From positions 37,639 through 101,638 of the forward strand of contig MCFE01000295.1 in assembly GCA_002104905.1 (NCBI GenBank): a DNA stretch of 64,000 nt, read 5' to 3'. The translations under genes and the position numbers were made by a program. The notes beneath the pieces were generated by a model. It was given only the letters and a program-made list of their open reading frames with translations. It was not told the origin of the DNA and made no database searches. Source of the DNA: Basidiobolus meristosporus CBS 931.73. Its lineage: Eukaryota; Fungi; Basidiobolomycota. Each line of letters opens with the position of its first letter. Positions within the stretch are counted from its first letter, which is position 1. Below are positions 22,470-36,127 of this stretch, in pieces.

Positions 22470-24409
22470 CACCATACTGCCATTTAGGATACCATGCAAA
22501 GACCTTCAAAAATTAATTGCACCTCTGATTTCACAAAAAACATGGTCAAATTTTTTATCACAATGATATAAAGGTGGCTTTTGATTGGTTCCCTGCCAAT
22601 TAGCTCACTTTCTGATCTCAGATACTCAATCACCTCATAGGTTTGTGTACATTGATTGGCTATTGCCTCTTTTCACATTCCTTACTTCCTGACTGCACAG
22701 TTTCTTTCACTTTCATGCATACAACTTTGAAGCTTCAGTTGTATCTGAATTGCCAATTGTAATGACCTATGCAAGTCCCTATACTCTATACTAACATTAG
22801 GCCCAACCCCACTTAACATGTAACTCCATTAAAATCCCCTAATCTACATGTATTTTGGCTGTAATGCTTTGTTTCCAGGAATTTGACAGGAACCCAACAG
22901 CTTTATGCCACTGTTCATTCACTGGTCCCCACATGTCCTGGCCTTCAGCTTGCACTGCAAGGTCTAGCACTTCATCTGCCAGTCTTTGCAATAAGTCCTT
23001 GTAATATCCGAGTGTGTTTTCTTAAGCACTGCTCTTGAAGAAGTGCTGCAACCTCTTGGTGTAGCTATTGGTGTTCCAAAACTCCACTGAAGGCATTGTG
23101 ATAGTTTATCACATTCTTGACTTAATATCCTTGTTTGTCAGTGGGATCTCCACTCTGTCAACAATGAAGGATGTGGAGGCTGTGGTAGACAAGTTGCTTT
23201 TCTCTGCAATCATATCCACCTTGCAAGAGTGTAGCTCAACTGCCCGTTTTTCAACTCTTGTGAAAGCAGCTGTTTTTGTGATAGTAAATCTTCTTGATTC
23301 TGATGGAATTCAGTCTGCTCAGGTATATGGTTTTAATTGGCAAGAACTGCTGTTTTCTTTGCAAGCTTCCCTATCTCAGGTTTGAGTGAACTGTTTTCCT
23401 TTACCTCTCCATTATCACTGCCAGGTCTTTGACTGGTGCTTTGTCTGAGGGCTTCTTGTACTGAACTACATTTTCACCTTGTCAAATACTTCTCTAACAC
23501 ATCTATTTTAGCCTGCTGTCCCTTACTGGCACACTTCTGGCAACCAGAAGTATTTTGTTCAAGCTCTCAGCTGTAGTGGTGACAGGCTCCTGGGAAAACT
23601 GCTGGTTTGATTACTGCCAGGCTCTTCAATGCTACTTTAACTCAGCACTTATTGAGTGGTACTATGCTCTTTGCTTCACAAATCCTGTGCTGGTGCATCC
23701 GTGTATACGTACTTGTCCCTTATAGGCACTCTTCCAGCTATCTGACATATCTTTGATGCTTATTTCAAGCTTTTGGCCCTGCTTGTAATAGGCTTACAAG
23801 GAAGACACTGGTTTTTAGTCGTGGCACCCTTATTCTTCCACCATTGATAGCTTCTGCTATTCTTGGGATTCATAGCATACTAATGTGGGCCTAAAGCCTG
23901 TTTGCCTGTTTCAATCCAGGATAATGCACATGGAACAATTCTGCTTGACCTTGAGTTCCTGATGGACCCATGGAGTACCACCCTCAAGGTGAAGGCATGC
24001 TAGACTTCTTACAGCCTATTCAGTATTGACCCATGCTTCATTATTGTGCTCAATGGCTTCACAGATCTTGAGTACCTTTTGATTTTTAGGCCTTGCTATC
24101 AACATTGTACTATCTCCTTCCCATTTTGCAATAGGTTTTTCTGTGGGCTTTATCTTTGGGCACCGTTGTTGTGCTTCAACAACTGTATGGTGTTCCTCTG
24201 CTGTTATACTGGGAAATGGCTCAATTCTTGGCTGTGACATCAAGCTACTTGAGTTCCTTCTTTGCAGCTAAGATAATGCTTTCTCTACCTGGGATATTAA
24301 TTGCTCTACACCTTGTATCTGCTCATCCTGTTTCTGGGCAATTTCCAGATTTCTCTGGGCCATTGCATCTATCCTATCAGCCACTGCACCTAATTGCATC
24401 ACTAATGTA
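22470..24409 (-). mobile_element. Family X downstream region, ORF-c and ORF-b 3' part
   Basis: Reverse complement colinear with ~50450-52400. Confidence 0.7.
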
Positions 24410-27400
24410 CTAATTTTGTCTGTTTAAGTGCCTCTTGGTCACTTGTAGCTATAATTAGGTCATCCACATAAAGAACTAGGGTGATCACACCCTTTTTGGG
24501 CTGTTTCACATAAATACTGTGATCTGCAGTGCTACAAGAGAGCCCAATTTCCTCTAGATATGTGTCAATCTTGTTATACTCTGCTTTAGGTGCCTTTTTA
24601 AGCCTATACAACAGTTTCTATGTTTGCACATGTTATGGGGGTCTTCTGGATTGGTATACCCTTCTGGTTGCTCCATATATATAGTTTCTTGCAAATCCCC
24701 ATTTAGAAAGGCTGTTTTGACATCCATTTAATATAGATCGGAACTATGTGCAGCTGCCATGGCTGGAACTGTCCTGACAGAGTTAAACTTGGCAACTGGA
24801 GCAAATGCTTCCTTAAAGTCTAGTCCCTGGATCTGGGAATAGCCTTCAGCCACCAATCTAGCCTTGTACTCATCAATGGCACCATTTGAGGTTATCTTGA
24901 TCTTGTAGATCCATCTACATCCTATTGGCTTTCTTCCATCTGGTAAATCTACCAGTTTGCATGTTTTAGCCTTGATCAGTGATTGGTACTCCTCCTGCAT
25001 GGCTTGTTGCCACATTGTAGCATCTAGACTTTGCATTGCCTGTTCCAGATTCTGGGGTTTGGCACATAAGGCAAGAGAAGCTTCTTTGTGATCATTGGAT
25101 GTCTGCCACCAGGATCCAGGGGCATTTCTTATTCTGGTGGATCTCCTAACTGGGATAATCTGCTCTGATCTGGAACTTGTAGAATTATCTGCAGTATCAG
25201 GCTGATTTGGTACGTATCTTCTTCATTAGTTTTGATTGCATCATCAGGTAGCTGGCCAATGATTTCAGTGGCTTTGTGATTTGAATTCTTCTCAAATACA
25301 ACATCCCTACTGCTGAGCAGCTTCTGAGTCTTGCCATCATACACCCTATACCCTTTAGTATCTCCACAATACCCAAGAAAGTTCCCTTTCTTACTCTTAA
25401 ACTGCAGTAGTAACAGATTCAGCCCAAATCCTGTAGTCCATTCCCTTATCATGTAGCATAGATCTTCCCATCTCTACTATTGTTGTATTTGCACATTCTG
25501 CTACTCCATTTTGCTGTGGAGTATGAGGAACTGTGGTTTGTTGAAGTATACCAGTAGATGAGCAGTATTTTGTAAACTCATTTGAGCAGTATTCTTCTCC
25601 ATTGTCACTTTGTAGTACCTACAATTTACACCCAGTTTGTGTTTCTGCCATGTTCTTGAAGTGATTAAACGTCTCTAACACTTCATCCTTCGTTTTGAGG
25701 AAGTAAACCCATGTATTTCTTGTTTTATCATACTGTCATAAAGTATCTCTTGGCTCAAAAAAACAGTGTTCTCATGGGGTCACATATGTCTCAGTGTACA
25801 ATAGCCAATATTTTGTTGGTATTGATGCCTTCAAGCTCTTGAACATTGTCTAGATTGTTTGCCATGTGAACATTGCTTACAAACATTCAACTTGATTGGA
25901 ATTGAGTATTTTAGGCCCAAAACCAGCTGATTTTCACCAATTGGCCCATTTTCTGATGCCAAATGTGCCCTAGCCTTCTATGCCATGTCTCCCAGTTGGT
26001 TCTATCAGTTTCAGCAACATTGACATACTCAGGCACAATGATCTTGCATTGTAACTTGTATACATTGTGATCTCTGATTCCCAAAGCTGATTTTTCTCCA
26101 TTCTCACTCAATATTGAGCAGCTCATCTTAGTAAAGACAAATTTCAGTCCCTGAGCAGTTGCTTTACTGACTGAGAGCAGGTTCCTGGCTATTCCAGGTA
26201 CATAGAGTATGTCAGTCAGTCTTGCTGTTGTTACCCCTGAGCTATTGCTCATATTAAGTTGTATGGACCCACTGGCAGTAGCTTCCAGAGCAGAGTTATC
26301 ACCCAGATAAACCTTTCTTACAGGAATAGTCTTTAAGTTGCTGAACCACTCCTTTATACTAAGATATGCTATGATGCTCCAGAGTCACTATACCATTCAT
26401 TACTTTGGTTACTTGCATTCTCTTGTATGGTTACAAATAACTGTTCATCAGTAATTATATGGTTTGCCTGCTCTAGTTGTGGTTTTTTGTCTGCTTGTTT
26501 CTCCTTACCATCTCTTGCCCAGTATCCTGGCTTTTTACAGTAGTTACAGCAACCAGGTTTTCTTTGGTTTTATTGCTTTCCCTTCTTTTCTGAGTGCCTT
26601 TCTGAACTGAATAAAGCATAATCTTCAATTTTCTCTGCTTGAACATTACGTCTGAGTTCTTCATGGACAAGTCTTCCTTTGACATATTGTAAAGCTCTTC
26701 TGCAAGTGTCTCCTTTCTGGTAAGGAGTTGTAGCTTGTCATCATCTGACTACTTCCTCATGTTGAAGAGCTTTTGTTTTATATGAAGCTTGCTTGAAACT
26801 GACTTTGCTCTAAAGATCTTCTCTAAGAATTCCCATGCTGCTTAGGCAGTTTTTGAGGTGTGGATTTGTCCAATGAAGGAATCTTGCACATTGATGCATA
26901 TGGCATTAAAGGCCATTCTCTCCCTCTCTTGAAATTTCTCCACTTGTTCTGCTGTTCCTTTGGGCTCAACTTCTTTCCTGTTACTATATTCCAAAGCTTC
27001 CTTTCCTCAAGGTGGCTCTGCATCTTGACTCTCCAAAGTCTGTAGTTCTTCCCATCAAACCTCTCCTTTACTGGGAAGATGTTTTTGTTGTTCTGTTTGA
27101 TGGTAGAAGTCATATTTGGAATAGATCAAGGCAACTTGGGCTCATAATCTGGTGCAATCTAAGAAGTGATTTGGATATAAGGAGCTTATCAAGAAATTGT
27201 GATAATAGTTGAACTGTTGTTTACTAATAAAGAAGCTAAGTATTTATACCTTAGTTGAAGTAATACAGCTGTAACACTAAGTAAGGAGGGTTTCTCAATA
27301 TTCAGCAACATTCTGTAGCAGTTTCACTGTTAGTACATAATGTTTAGTAATAATGCTAATTTGATCCTGACTATTAGGGAGTAATCATAAGATCATAGAT

Positions 27401-27516
27401 CTGAAGAAAGTGGCAAAGTTAGAGCTGTTAATTAGTCCCACAGTGACCAAGACTAATCCAGAATTGTAAGTAAATTTTAGCTGCAGAATAATACCAAATA
27501 GTTCAATATTTCAACA
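24410..27516 (-). mobile_element. Copia family A copy 3 (A3), decayed, internally deleted, 3'-truncated in RT
   Basis: LTR 27150-27516, PBS-like GATTATGAGCCC, gag/PR/IN/RT fragments; deletion at ~25400 (GCAGTTT|AAGAGTAAG); ends after DQEALKQTK. Confidence 0.93.
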
Positions 27517-27860
27517 GGAACTTCTCTGTTTTTGTATCTAGTGACCACAGCTGCACTCTTACAAAGTTTCTGCAGGTGGAGTTTATAGTTGTTTTGACTT
27601 TGGAAGCTTTAGTCCATTGTAATCTCAAAGAACATTTAACCCAGCACATACTTGTGTCCAGATGCCAACTAAGTTGCAGAGTTTAGCTCAATAGTTTTCC
27701 CTTGTCAAGCTTGTGGCTTTACTCCCCTTCACATTAGATCAATGCTAAAACCCCAAGTGTTCCTAGCAAGCTTTTTCCAAAGGTTATTGCACCTAGCAAA
27801 CACTCCATACACAAGAAACTTGAGGAGTGTTGGATGTATCTCTCCCTTGGACTTATACAA
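27517..27860. repeat. Unclassified dispersed repeat 'Z'; inverted copy at ~57060-57400
   Basis: GTCAAGCTTGTGGCTTT, GCTCAATAGTTTTCCCTT and CCTAGCAAGCTTTT blocks shared in reverse complement. Confidence 0.75.
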
Positions 27861-29473
27861 CACCACATCACACCTATAAAGGGGACCAGAATTCAGCAGC
27901 GGGAAGGAATATATTGGCTAATTAACCAAAAGTACTTTGCAGATGTTCAGGCGGTTTTCATGACAGAAGTGGTGGCAACTAAGCAAATGTTTGCAAGATG
28001 TATATGTTACCAGTAATAAATGTTATATGGCAACTTTGCAAATATCACACTAAAAAGCCGCAAAGTTGAGGGAGTAGAGGTATATCACTTGTGGAAGGTG
28101 TGCATGCTTGAAGAGGTTAATAAGTAGGAGGCCATAGTTTTTTTGATTCAAACTATATGTGGAATACACAAGGTAGTAGTGAGTAAGCAAATAAAGGTGG
28201 GTAATTCTACAGTGGATTATATGAATTGCACAAGGAGAGGTAGAAAAGAAAATACCATTTGGTAAATTGGTACAGTGGCATTATGCAGAACTGAATGAGC
28301 TTCTTTGGGGAGGTTATTACTGGAGTATATCCAGTGTGTGAGCAGTAATTTCCTCCAATAGTGGAGGATTCCTGGCAAGTTGGACACCTTGCAATGATGG
28401 CATTTTCTAATGCAAATGCCATGCAATACTTAACACATGCTGGCATCAGGACAGTTTCAGGCTCATGTACTGCCAGCCACATGATGGTTATATATATGTA
28501 CAATGTATGTGGTAAGTTACATCCTGGAATGATATTAGCAAGTGGTAGTAGTAAATTTGCAAAGCCCCCATTACTGATATTAGTTGAAACTCAGCACTTC
28601 TCTAGCAACTACTTTGCATCATTCACCATTAGATTTATTACTATGTTCACTTAGCTACATTAACTATTCATGGCATTGTTTCTACTGATGTTGTCTCATT
28701 GGATATTAAGACTTTGCTGGGCTTATGCAGGGTACTATTGGTAGGGGAGATAGGCTCACAATCCATCAATCAGCCTTCTTCTTCTGAGCTATTACTCTGT
28801 GTGACATATCCAGAAGACTGAGGTAAGCATGTATGCATCACAAACTCACCTGACTCAGTATGTGCAATGCTACCATTATTGGCATGTGCTGTCATAGACA
28901 TATCATGTGACTGCCAAGATAATGTTGGTGCAGCAGCAACTGATAAATGGTCAAAAATGTCTTGTGTGACAGAGCACTGTCCATAATCCCAGTGGACCTC
29001 CTGTGCTGGCTGCATGCCTCATGGCTGAGAGGCTTCTTACAATAGCCACATGAGCTTTTTCTTGTCTCTTACAGCTTGGAATCAAAGTAGTTCTCCATGG
29101 GTAAACAGTTTAACACTCTACAAAGTAATGGTATTTTATCACTTTTTTGTTGGTGCGCATGTAGATTTAAACAGTCTAGTTTCTGAGACAATGCACATAC
29201 ATCAATGTAGTATTCAATGATCACCTGCCATAGTAAATATTGGCCTAAAAACAAGATATTGAATATCTTTGAAGCCATCAAGTGCAATGATGAAGAGTGG
29301 TCTAATGTTCAGGAGGCTGTCAGAAGTCTAACATGGCATCACCTTGAGGCTGGCATACCATGGGACCATCAGGAAGCCAAGGCCAAGCAGAATGTGCTTG
29401 GCATGTTCCATGAGCAATATTTGGATTTAATCAAGCAAATGAATTTGGGCCAGTATTGGCATGCTAAGAAAGT
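27861..29473. mobile_element. Rearranged family X fragments (transposase C-term +, N-term -, ORF-b piece +)
   Basis: 27870-28275 matches 22040-22445; 28280-29200 matches 1640-2250/2785-3060; 29230-29473 matches 50775-50990. Confidence 0.7.
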
Positions 29474-29559
29474 AGACCTTTGTTGTATAGTGCCACATAG
29501 TGCCAGACTAATCTGGAACACTACAGCAATATCTTTAACCTGTATATTGACTAGGATGC

Positions 29560-30400
29560 CAGTGGTATGACACAATTATAGGTATTCTTACTCAATCATA
29601 CTTATGTTGCACAGAACAATGCTTTCTTTGCCATGGTTACTCTTCATAAGTCACCATGCGCATTCTCTCAGTGGATGTCCTTTTGTATATGTATACTGTA
29701 CATCAGTAAGTGTCCTAGCAACTTTACCTGCTGTTATGCTAAGTCTCTCTAGATATCTAAATGTATGCTCTACTCTCACTCTAAAGTGACTAGATATCTG
29801 ATTGTAGAGCTTCTGCTTCCTGCTAAGTACACAACTGCTTGGCTTTCTATGAGCTATAATTTAAATGAATAACTAGCAATCCTCTCCTATATAAGCGAAG
29901 TTTGCCATATGTTTCTCTGTTTGACTGAATTCTGGATGATTCTCTAGCCATAATGCTTTGTCATGCCTACCTCCAGCACATGGCCCACTAAACCAGACAA
30001 CATTCCCCTCAATGTCAGACAGTATTTGAAACTTCACATAGTGTGCCTTTTATTTGCCAGAATAAATTGTCTCTGCCTCTAGAAGGTCTGTTAATCTGAC
30101 TCAAAAGGTATCAAATACTCTGATACGGAGCTGCTGCTGAACACTCTTGGGTATGGATATCTATTAAGTTCTGAACTAGTATTCTGAGCTTGCTCATATC
30201 ATGCATATCCTGTGCAAGGTGGTTCTTCATTACTGTCAGCCAGGAATGAGAGTTTCTAGGACTTCTGTTGCCATGAATGGTGGATGAACCTTGTAGGCAA
30301 TCATTCATGTAATAGCAGAGAAGCTTTAAAAGGATCTCTTGAGTAATTGTGGTAGATGGTCCACAGTACTTGCATAGATCTTCTATGTGTCAAAAGTAAA
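29560..30400 (-). pseudogene. DDE_Tnp_4 (IS5/Harbinger/ISL2EU-like) transposase relic of element Y
   Basis: One frame from 30112: DTF*VRLTDLLEAETIYSGK*KAHYVKFQILSDIEGNVVWFSGPCAGGRHDKALWLENHPEFSQTEKHMANFAYIGE..KP..LSRKQKLYNQISSHFRVRVEHTFRYLERL. This fits the D..YSGKK.H..KFQ..G..HD..AD.GY..N..R..VE..F pattern; upstream LLKLLCYYM is HTH-like. Not in the ORF track because of stops. Confidence 0.85.
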
Positions 30401-31202
30401 TATAGAGGTAGCAATGATTGATGAGAAAAGACCATTCAAATGTGTCAATCATATCAAAACAAACCATGATTTAATAGACGCAATGGGTATTGAATTAGCA
30501 TGATCAGCTTAATTTATCTGATTTTGATGCATTATGATTGAATATTCATTAATCACTGTGTATCCCATCATCATGCTGCAAAAATCATCCTCAAACAATA
30601 ATTTGGTAACTTTATGGATGATTTACTCATAAGTCTATAATCAAATAGGAAATCTGCAATTGCCAGTGATCTGATCCGTGTCAATGCAATCCAAGATGCA
30701 TCATGCATGATTTATGGAAAGTTCAACAATAACATTAGTTTTCAATTATATTTCATATATGACAAGGTTGATGCCAATATACTACTCTATAAGTTTTCGG
30801 ATCCATCACCATTGTCCCTATGCCAAATCTTAGCACATCTTTGGTACAACCTAAACAAAACCCATCCCTCCGCTCACATACATGGTCTGGGCTGGAAAAG
30901 TCAATGCAAAATATGTCTGAGTTCTTGCCAAATGATCTTAGTAAGGCCCAAATGTCTATGATTATCCTTCATATATATATGTGGGTATTATACACCAATC
31001 TAGCAGAACTGGATACCTCACAAAGCTGAAAGAGATGGAAGAATGTGAATAGAAAGCTGTTGCAGGAGTTCTACTTCAAGATGTTAGCAAATGAATGTAA
31101 GAGGATTTAGAGTAAGATGAATATTGAAATTAAGAATGAGCTGAGAGTGAGTGGATTTGATTTATAAGCAGTGCACAAACAATCCTGCACACATTTGCAT
31201 AG

Positions 31203-34200
31203 TGTTATGATCTGCTGCTTGAATGTCTAAGTTAGATCAGTTTTTAGTCAAATCAATTAGTTATTTGTTTAGGTTATCAGTATAACAGTATTATCTATCA
31301 AATTAGTAACATTAGTTAGCAAATGAATCAGCAGATCCTTATCAGACAGAAATAGATATATTAGGTTGGATCTTATTGGGTGATGATGATGCAATCAAAT
31401 GAGTCATCAGCCACAGCCTATATTAAGAAATACAATTAGTCAGCAATTGATCTGGCAAAAAAGTATGTAAGGAGCTGCTGGAATCTCAATCAAGATCAGT
31501 TAAAATTTTAGTGAATACAATACTAGCTAAACTCACTATTCCTCTACAACTCTTGCAACAAGACTTGTAACATTGGTAGCAGCAATAACCAGAAACATCC
31601 CTCCTGAAGAAAGAAGAAGCCTCCCTCAAGATGTCGGAAAATCAAGAATGGAAGAATGCTATGCAACAAATACTGGCCCAGCAGCAACAGTTATTTCAGA
31701 TCCTGAGTCAGCAGCAACAAGGAATGGCCACCATGGCTCAAAGCCAGCAAAACCCTGTCAAGAGCAACTTTAGTGTGAAGGTCAACCAGTACCATGGTAG
31801 AGTCAATGAAAACCTGGGAACTTGGCTCTTCCAGATTGAAGAAGCTTTTAAGGCTAAAGGAATTACTCCAGAAAACAAGTTGCATTATGCAGCCTCTTAC
31901 CTGGCAGATGCAGCTTTGCAGTGGTACCACAACACAATCAGGTCAGCCACCATGATGGGATGGTCTACAATCTCTGCCTGGGATGAGTTTGAGTTGGAAA
32001 TTCAGGATGCCTTTGAGCCCCCACACCAACAGATACTGCTAAGAAGAAAGTTGAAGACACTTAGACAAAAAGGAATGGTCCAAGAGTACATCTATGAATA
32101 TAGATGTCTACTTGGGCAAATTGAAAGAATGGACCCTCTGTATCAAGTTGAATACTTTGTTGATGGGTTGAAAGAAAGAACCTGTAAGGAAGTGAATTAT
32201 TGAAGACCTCAGACTATTGAAGAAGCCATCAAGATTGCCATTGACTATGACTCAGCTATGTTTGGAGTTGGGAAGCCCACAATGACTAATCAGAGAGGCT
32301 ACAATCACTATGAAAGAAGACAATCAGAAGCAGTGCCAATCAAAATAGACACTATGCAGAAGAATGTAAGAAGAAAGGACTTTGCTTCAATTGCCACCAG
32401 CAGGGACATATTGTAAAGTACTGCCCTCAGAGAAGAAATGGATACCAGCCATCAAGAACCTTTAACCATATTGAGGCCATGGAGCATAGTAACATGGAGG
32501 ATGATCTTGAAGGAAACTCAGAACTCACATTCCACATGACAGAAGAATACCTATCACAGATGACCTAAACTCAGGAAAGCTATTATACTTGAATGGAGTG
32601 ATCAATGGAGTACCTGCCAAGATCATGATTGACTCAGGAGCATCACATGAGTATATGTCAGGGCTATTTGCTCTGAAAGCTGGAATCAACTTGGAACCCA
32701 CCAAAGCAACTTCAGTCTCAAAAGCTAATGGGAACTCTCACATAATCAACTGTATTACTCAGCCAGTAAAGATGAAGATCAATGACTTTGAAGAAGATCT
32801 ACAGGCCTATATATTTGGGAACTGCAAGCTTGACCTTGTACTTGGGAAAACCTGACTATTTTGTTGTCACCCATGAATCAACTGGAGAACCCATGCTACT
32901 CAGATCCAGAAGGACAACAAGACCTATGAGCTATTACCTGCCAGACTGGATTTTAGCTTGGTCAATTCCAGTGTGTGTGAGACAAGTGAGCTTAGCAAGA
33001 CACAGTTCTGTGGAGCACTAAGAGAAGGCACCTAGATGTTCCTCATGGCAGTATTACAGGAGAGTTCCTCAAATCCAGTACCCCAGAAGGTCCAGACTTT
33101 TTTGAAGCAGTATTCAGCTGTATTTCCAGAAGAGCTTGTAAGCCTACCACCAGTCAGATATGTGGATCATGCCATTGAAACAGGAGATAGCCCTCTAGTG
33201 AGCAAGACACCTTACAGAATGAGTCCATTGGAGTTGGAAGAGATGCAGAGACAAATAGATCAGTTACTGGAGCAAGGATATATCTGACCCAGCAAGTCAC
33301 CTTGGAGAGTACCAGTACTTTTTGTGAAGAAGAAGGATGGATAACTTAGGATGTGCATTGACTACAGAGCCCTCAGCTCAGTTACCATGATGAATAAGTA
33401 CCCCATACCTTGGATTGATGAGCTCTTGGACCAATTCAATGGAGCCACTATTTTCAGCAAGATTGACCTCATGGCAGGATACAACCAGATTAGGGTGAAG
33501 CCAGAAGACATCCCTAAGAGAGCATTCAAGACCAGATATGGACATTACAAGTACTTAGTCATGAGTTTTGGCCTCACCAATGCCCCTGCAACATTCATGG
33601 CCCTGATGCAGACTGTCTTCCAGGAGTACTTAGACAAGTTTGTCATAATCTACCTAGATGATATATTGATATACAGCAAGACAGAAGAGGATCACTTGGT
33701 GCAAATTGAAAAGGTCTTGAAGAAGCTAAGAAAGAACAAGCCTTATGGCAAGCTACCCAAGTGCAAATTCTTCAAGGAACACATTGAATATCTGGGACAC
33801 ATAGTGACTAACACAGGAGTAACCTTAGACCCTAAGAAGGTGGAAGTAATCAAGAATCTGAAGCAGCCCCATAGCATATCAGAGCTCAGATCATTCCTTG
33901 GAATGGCTTCCTATTATTGGAGATTTGTCAAGTCCTTTGCAAGTTATGCAGCCCCTTCAACTGATATCCACAAGAAAGACAATACCCACAAGTGGGACAT
34001 AGCTTGTGAGACTGCCTTCCAGACACTCCAGAATGAACTAGCTAAGCTGCCAAGCTTAAGAATACCAAACTTCAGAAAAGAGTTCACTCTGTGCACAGAT
34101 ACTTCAGATTATGCAATTGGTGGAGTGTTGAGCCAAGAACACAAGGGAAAGAACTACCCTGTTGCCTTTGAATCCAAGAAACTGAACTCAGCAGAACAAA

Positions 34201-36127
34201 ATTACACAGTTCATGAAAAGGAGATGCTTGCCATAATACACTGTTTGAAGACACGGAGATGCTATATTGAAGGAGTCAAATGCACTGTGAAGACTGATCA
34301 TGCCTCCCTCAAGTGTACACTTACTCAGAAGGTACTCTCCAGAAGAATGAAAAGATGGAGTGAAAACATTCATCAATTTGACTTGGAGATTATCTACAAC
34401 CCTGGAAAAAACAACACAGTTGCTGATGCCTTATCAAGATTAGATCAAGTTGCACAACTCAACTTGGTGCATGAATCAGATTGGCCTAGCCTATTACCAA
34501 AGTACTTGGAGGACCAAGCCATTCTTAATGAAGTGGATGAAGATATTAAGAAGATAATCTGGGATGAAGCTAGCAGTTTTGTAGTACAGGATGAATCACT
34601 CTACCAAATTGTTGATGGAAGCCCTATTGCCTATTGCCCTTATGTTTCTTGCCTGGATTTAACACATAGGCTACACAATGGATATGGACATCTTGGAATG
34701 GAAGGAACTTATAGTCTTGTGAAAGCCAAAGCATGGTGGCCCAGAATGAAACAAGCCATTGAGAAGCTAGTGAAAGCATGCCCAGATTGCCAAATGAACC
34801 AAGGTCAACCACAGAGAATTGCCAGACTCTTTCCCTTGGAGCCTGTAAGACCATTTGAAAGATGGGGAATTGACTTTATTGGAAGACTGCCAACTACCAG
34901 GAAATGCAACCGTTGGATCCTAGTAGCAATTGACCATGCTACAAAATGGCCAGCGGCTAAAGCTGTACCAATAGCCAGTGAACCAGAAGTTGCAAGTTTC
35001 ATTTACCATGAGATCCTTATGAAGTTTGGATGCCCTGTAGAGATTCTATCCACTAGAGGTGCAAACTTTATGGCAAAGACATTGGAAGCTTACCTGGAAA
35101 TGCAGCAGATCAGACACTTGAAAACCTTGGCATATCACCCCAGAACTAATGGAGTCACTGAGCAGTTTAATGGATTATTTGGATAAATGCTGACCAAGTA
35201 TGCAAATGGAGTTATCAGTAGATGCAATGGGTATATAGACCAAGCACTCTTTTCATGCAGAATCAGAGTACACAACACCACCCAGCAATCATCATTTTAC
35301 TTAGTGTATGGATGTGAACCAAGGATTCCAGGAGACCTCACACAACCAAAGCTTATAGACACCTTAGAAGATGAACTCAGTCAGCCAAGTAGACACCAGC
35401 AACTGGAACAAAGATGTCAAGAGGCACAGACCAAAGTATCTCAAAGTGCAGAAAAGATGAAGCAGAGATTTGATAAGACTATAGCACCAGAAGCATTGAC
35501 AGTTGGGAACTTTGTATTGCTAAGAAACTACACTTGGAAGAAGTTTGAGCCACAATGGACAGGACCATTCAAGATCATCAGAGAATGTCCATTTGCAACT
35601 TACCAACTAGTGGACAAACAAGGCAATATCTGGGAAGACTAAGTGCATAGGGACAGACTCAAGCTTGCAAGACTTGCTGATAATACTGAACCATCAAGAT
35701 ATTGGTATCACAAGAAAAGAGATTCAAGAGAACCCTCTCAAATTTAGCAGGGGAGAATGTTATGATCTGCTGCTTGAATGTTTAATTTAGATCAGTTTAT
35801 AGTCAAATTGATTAGTTATTTGTTTAGGTTATCAGTGTATCAGTATTATCTATGAAATCAGTTACATTAGTCAGCATATGAATCAGCCAATCCTTATTGG
35901 ACAGAAATAGATATATTAGGTAGGATCTTATTGGGTGATGATGATGCAATCAAATGAGTCATCAGCCACAGCCTACATTAAGAATTACAATTAGTTAGCA
36001 ATTGATCTGGCAAAAATATATATAAGGAGCTGCTGGAATCTCAATACAGATCAGTTCAAGTTTTAGTGAATACAATACTGGCTAAACTCCCTATTCCTCT
36101 ACAACTCTTACAACAAGACTTGTAACA
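31203..36127 (+). mobile_element. Full-length Ty3/Gypsy LTR retrotransposon
   Basis: 370-bp LTRs 31203-31572 and 35758-36127 (about 29 differences by eye); PBS TGGTAGCAGC 31574-31583; PPT AGCAGGGGAGAA 35746-35757. No clean TSD (CATAG vs CAGTA), but flanks rejoin as in the paralog at ~37560-37600. Confidence 0.96.
31631..35730 (+). pseudogene. Gypsy gag-PR-RT-RH-IN with several stops/frameshifts; no chromodomain seen
   Basis: Gag WLFQIEEAF..AASYLADAALQWY; PR IMIDSGAS; RT FSKIDL/FGLTNAPATF/YLDDILI; RH TDTSDYAIGGVL; IN HNGYGHLG..CPDC, WGIDFIG, AYHPRTNG, WTGPF. Confidence 0.93.

Noticed and set aside
27560-27800. hAT C-terminal dimerisation domain in repeat Z (FDFWK...)
   Set aside because: The expected ATS..SE..FS motif is not recoverable in either copy.
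35640-35745. Chromodomain at the Gypsy integrase C-terminus
   Set aside because: Only ~35 codons follow the GPF region and no chromodomain motif is visible.
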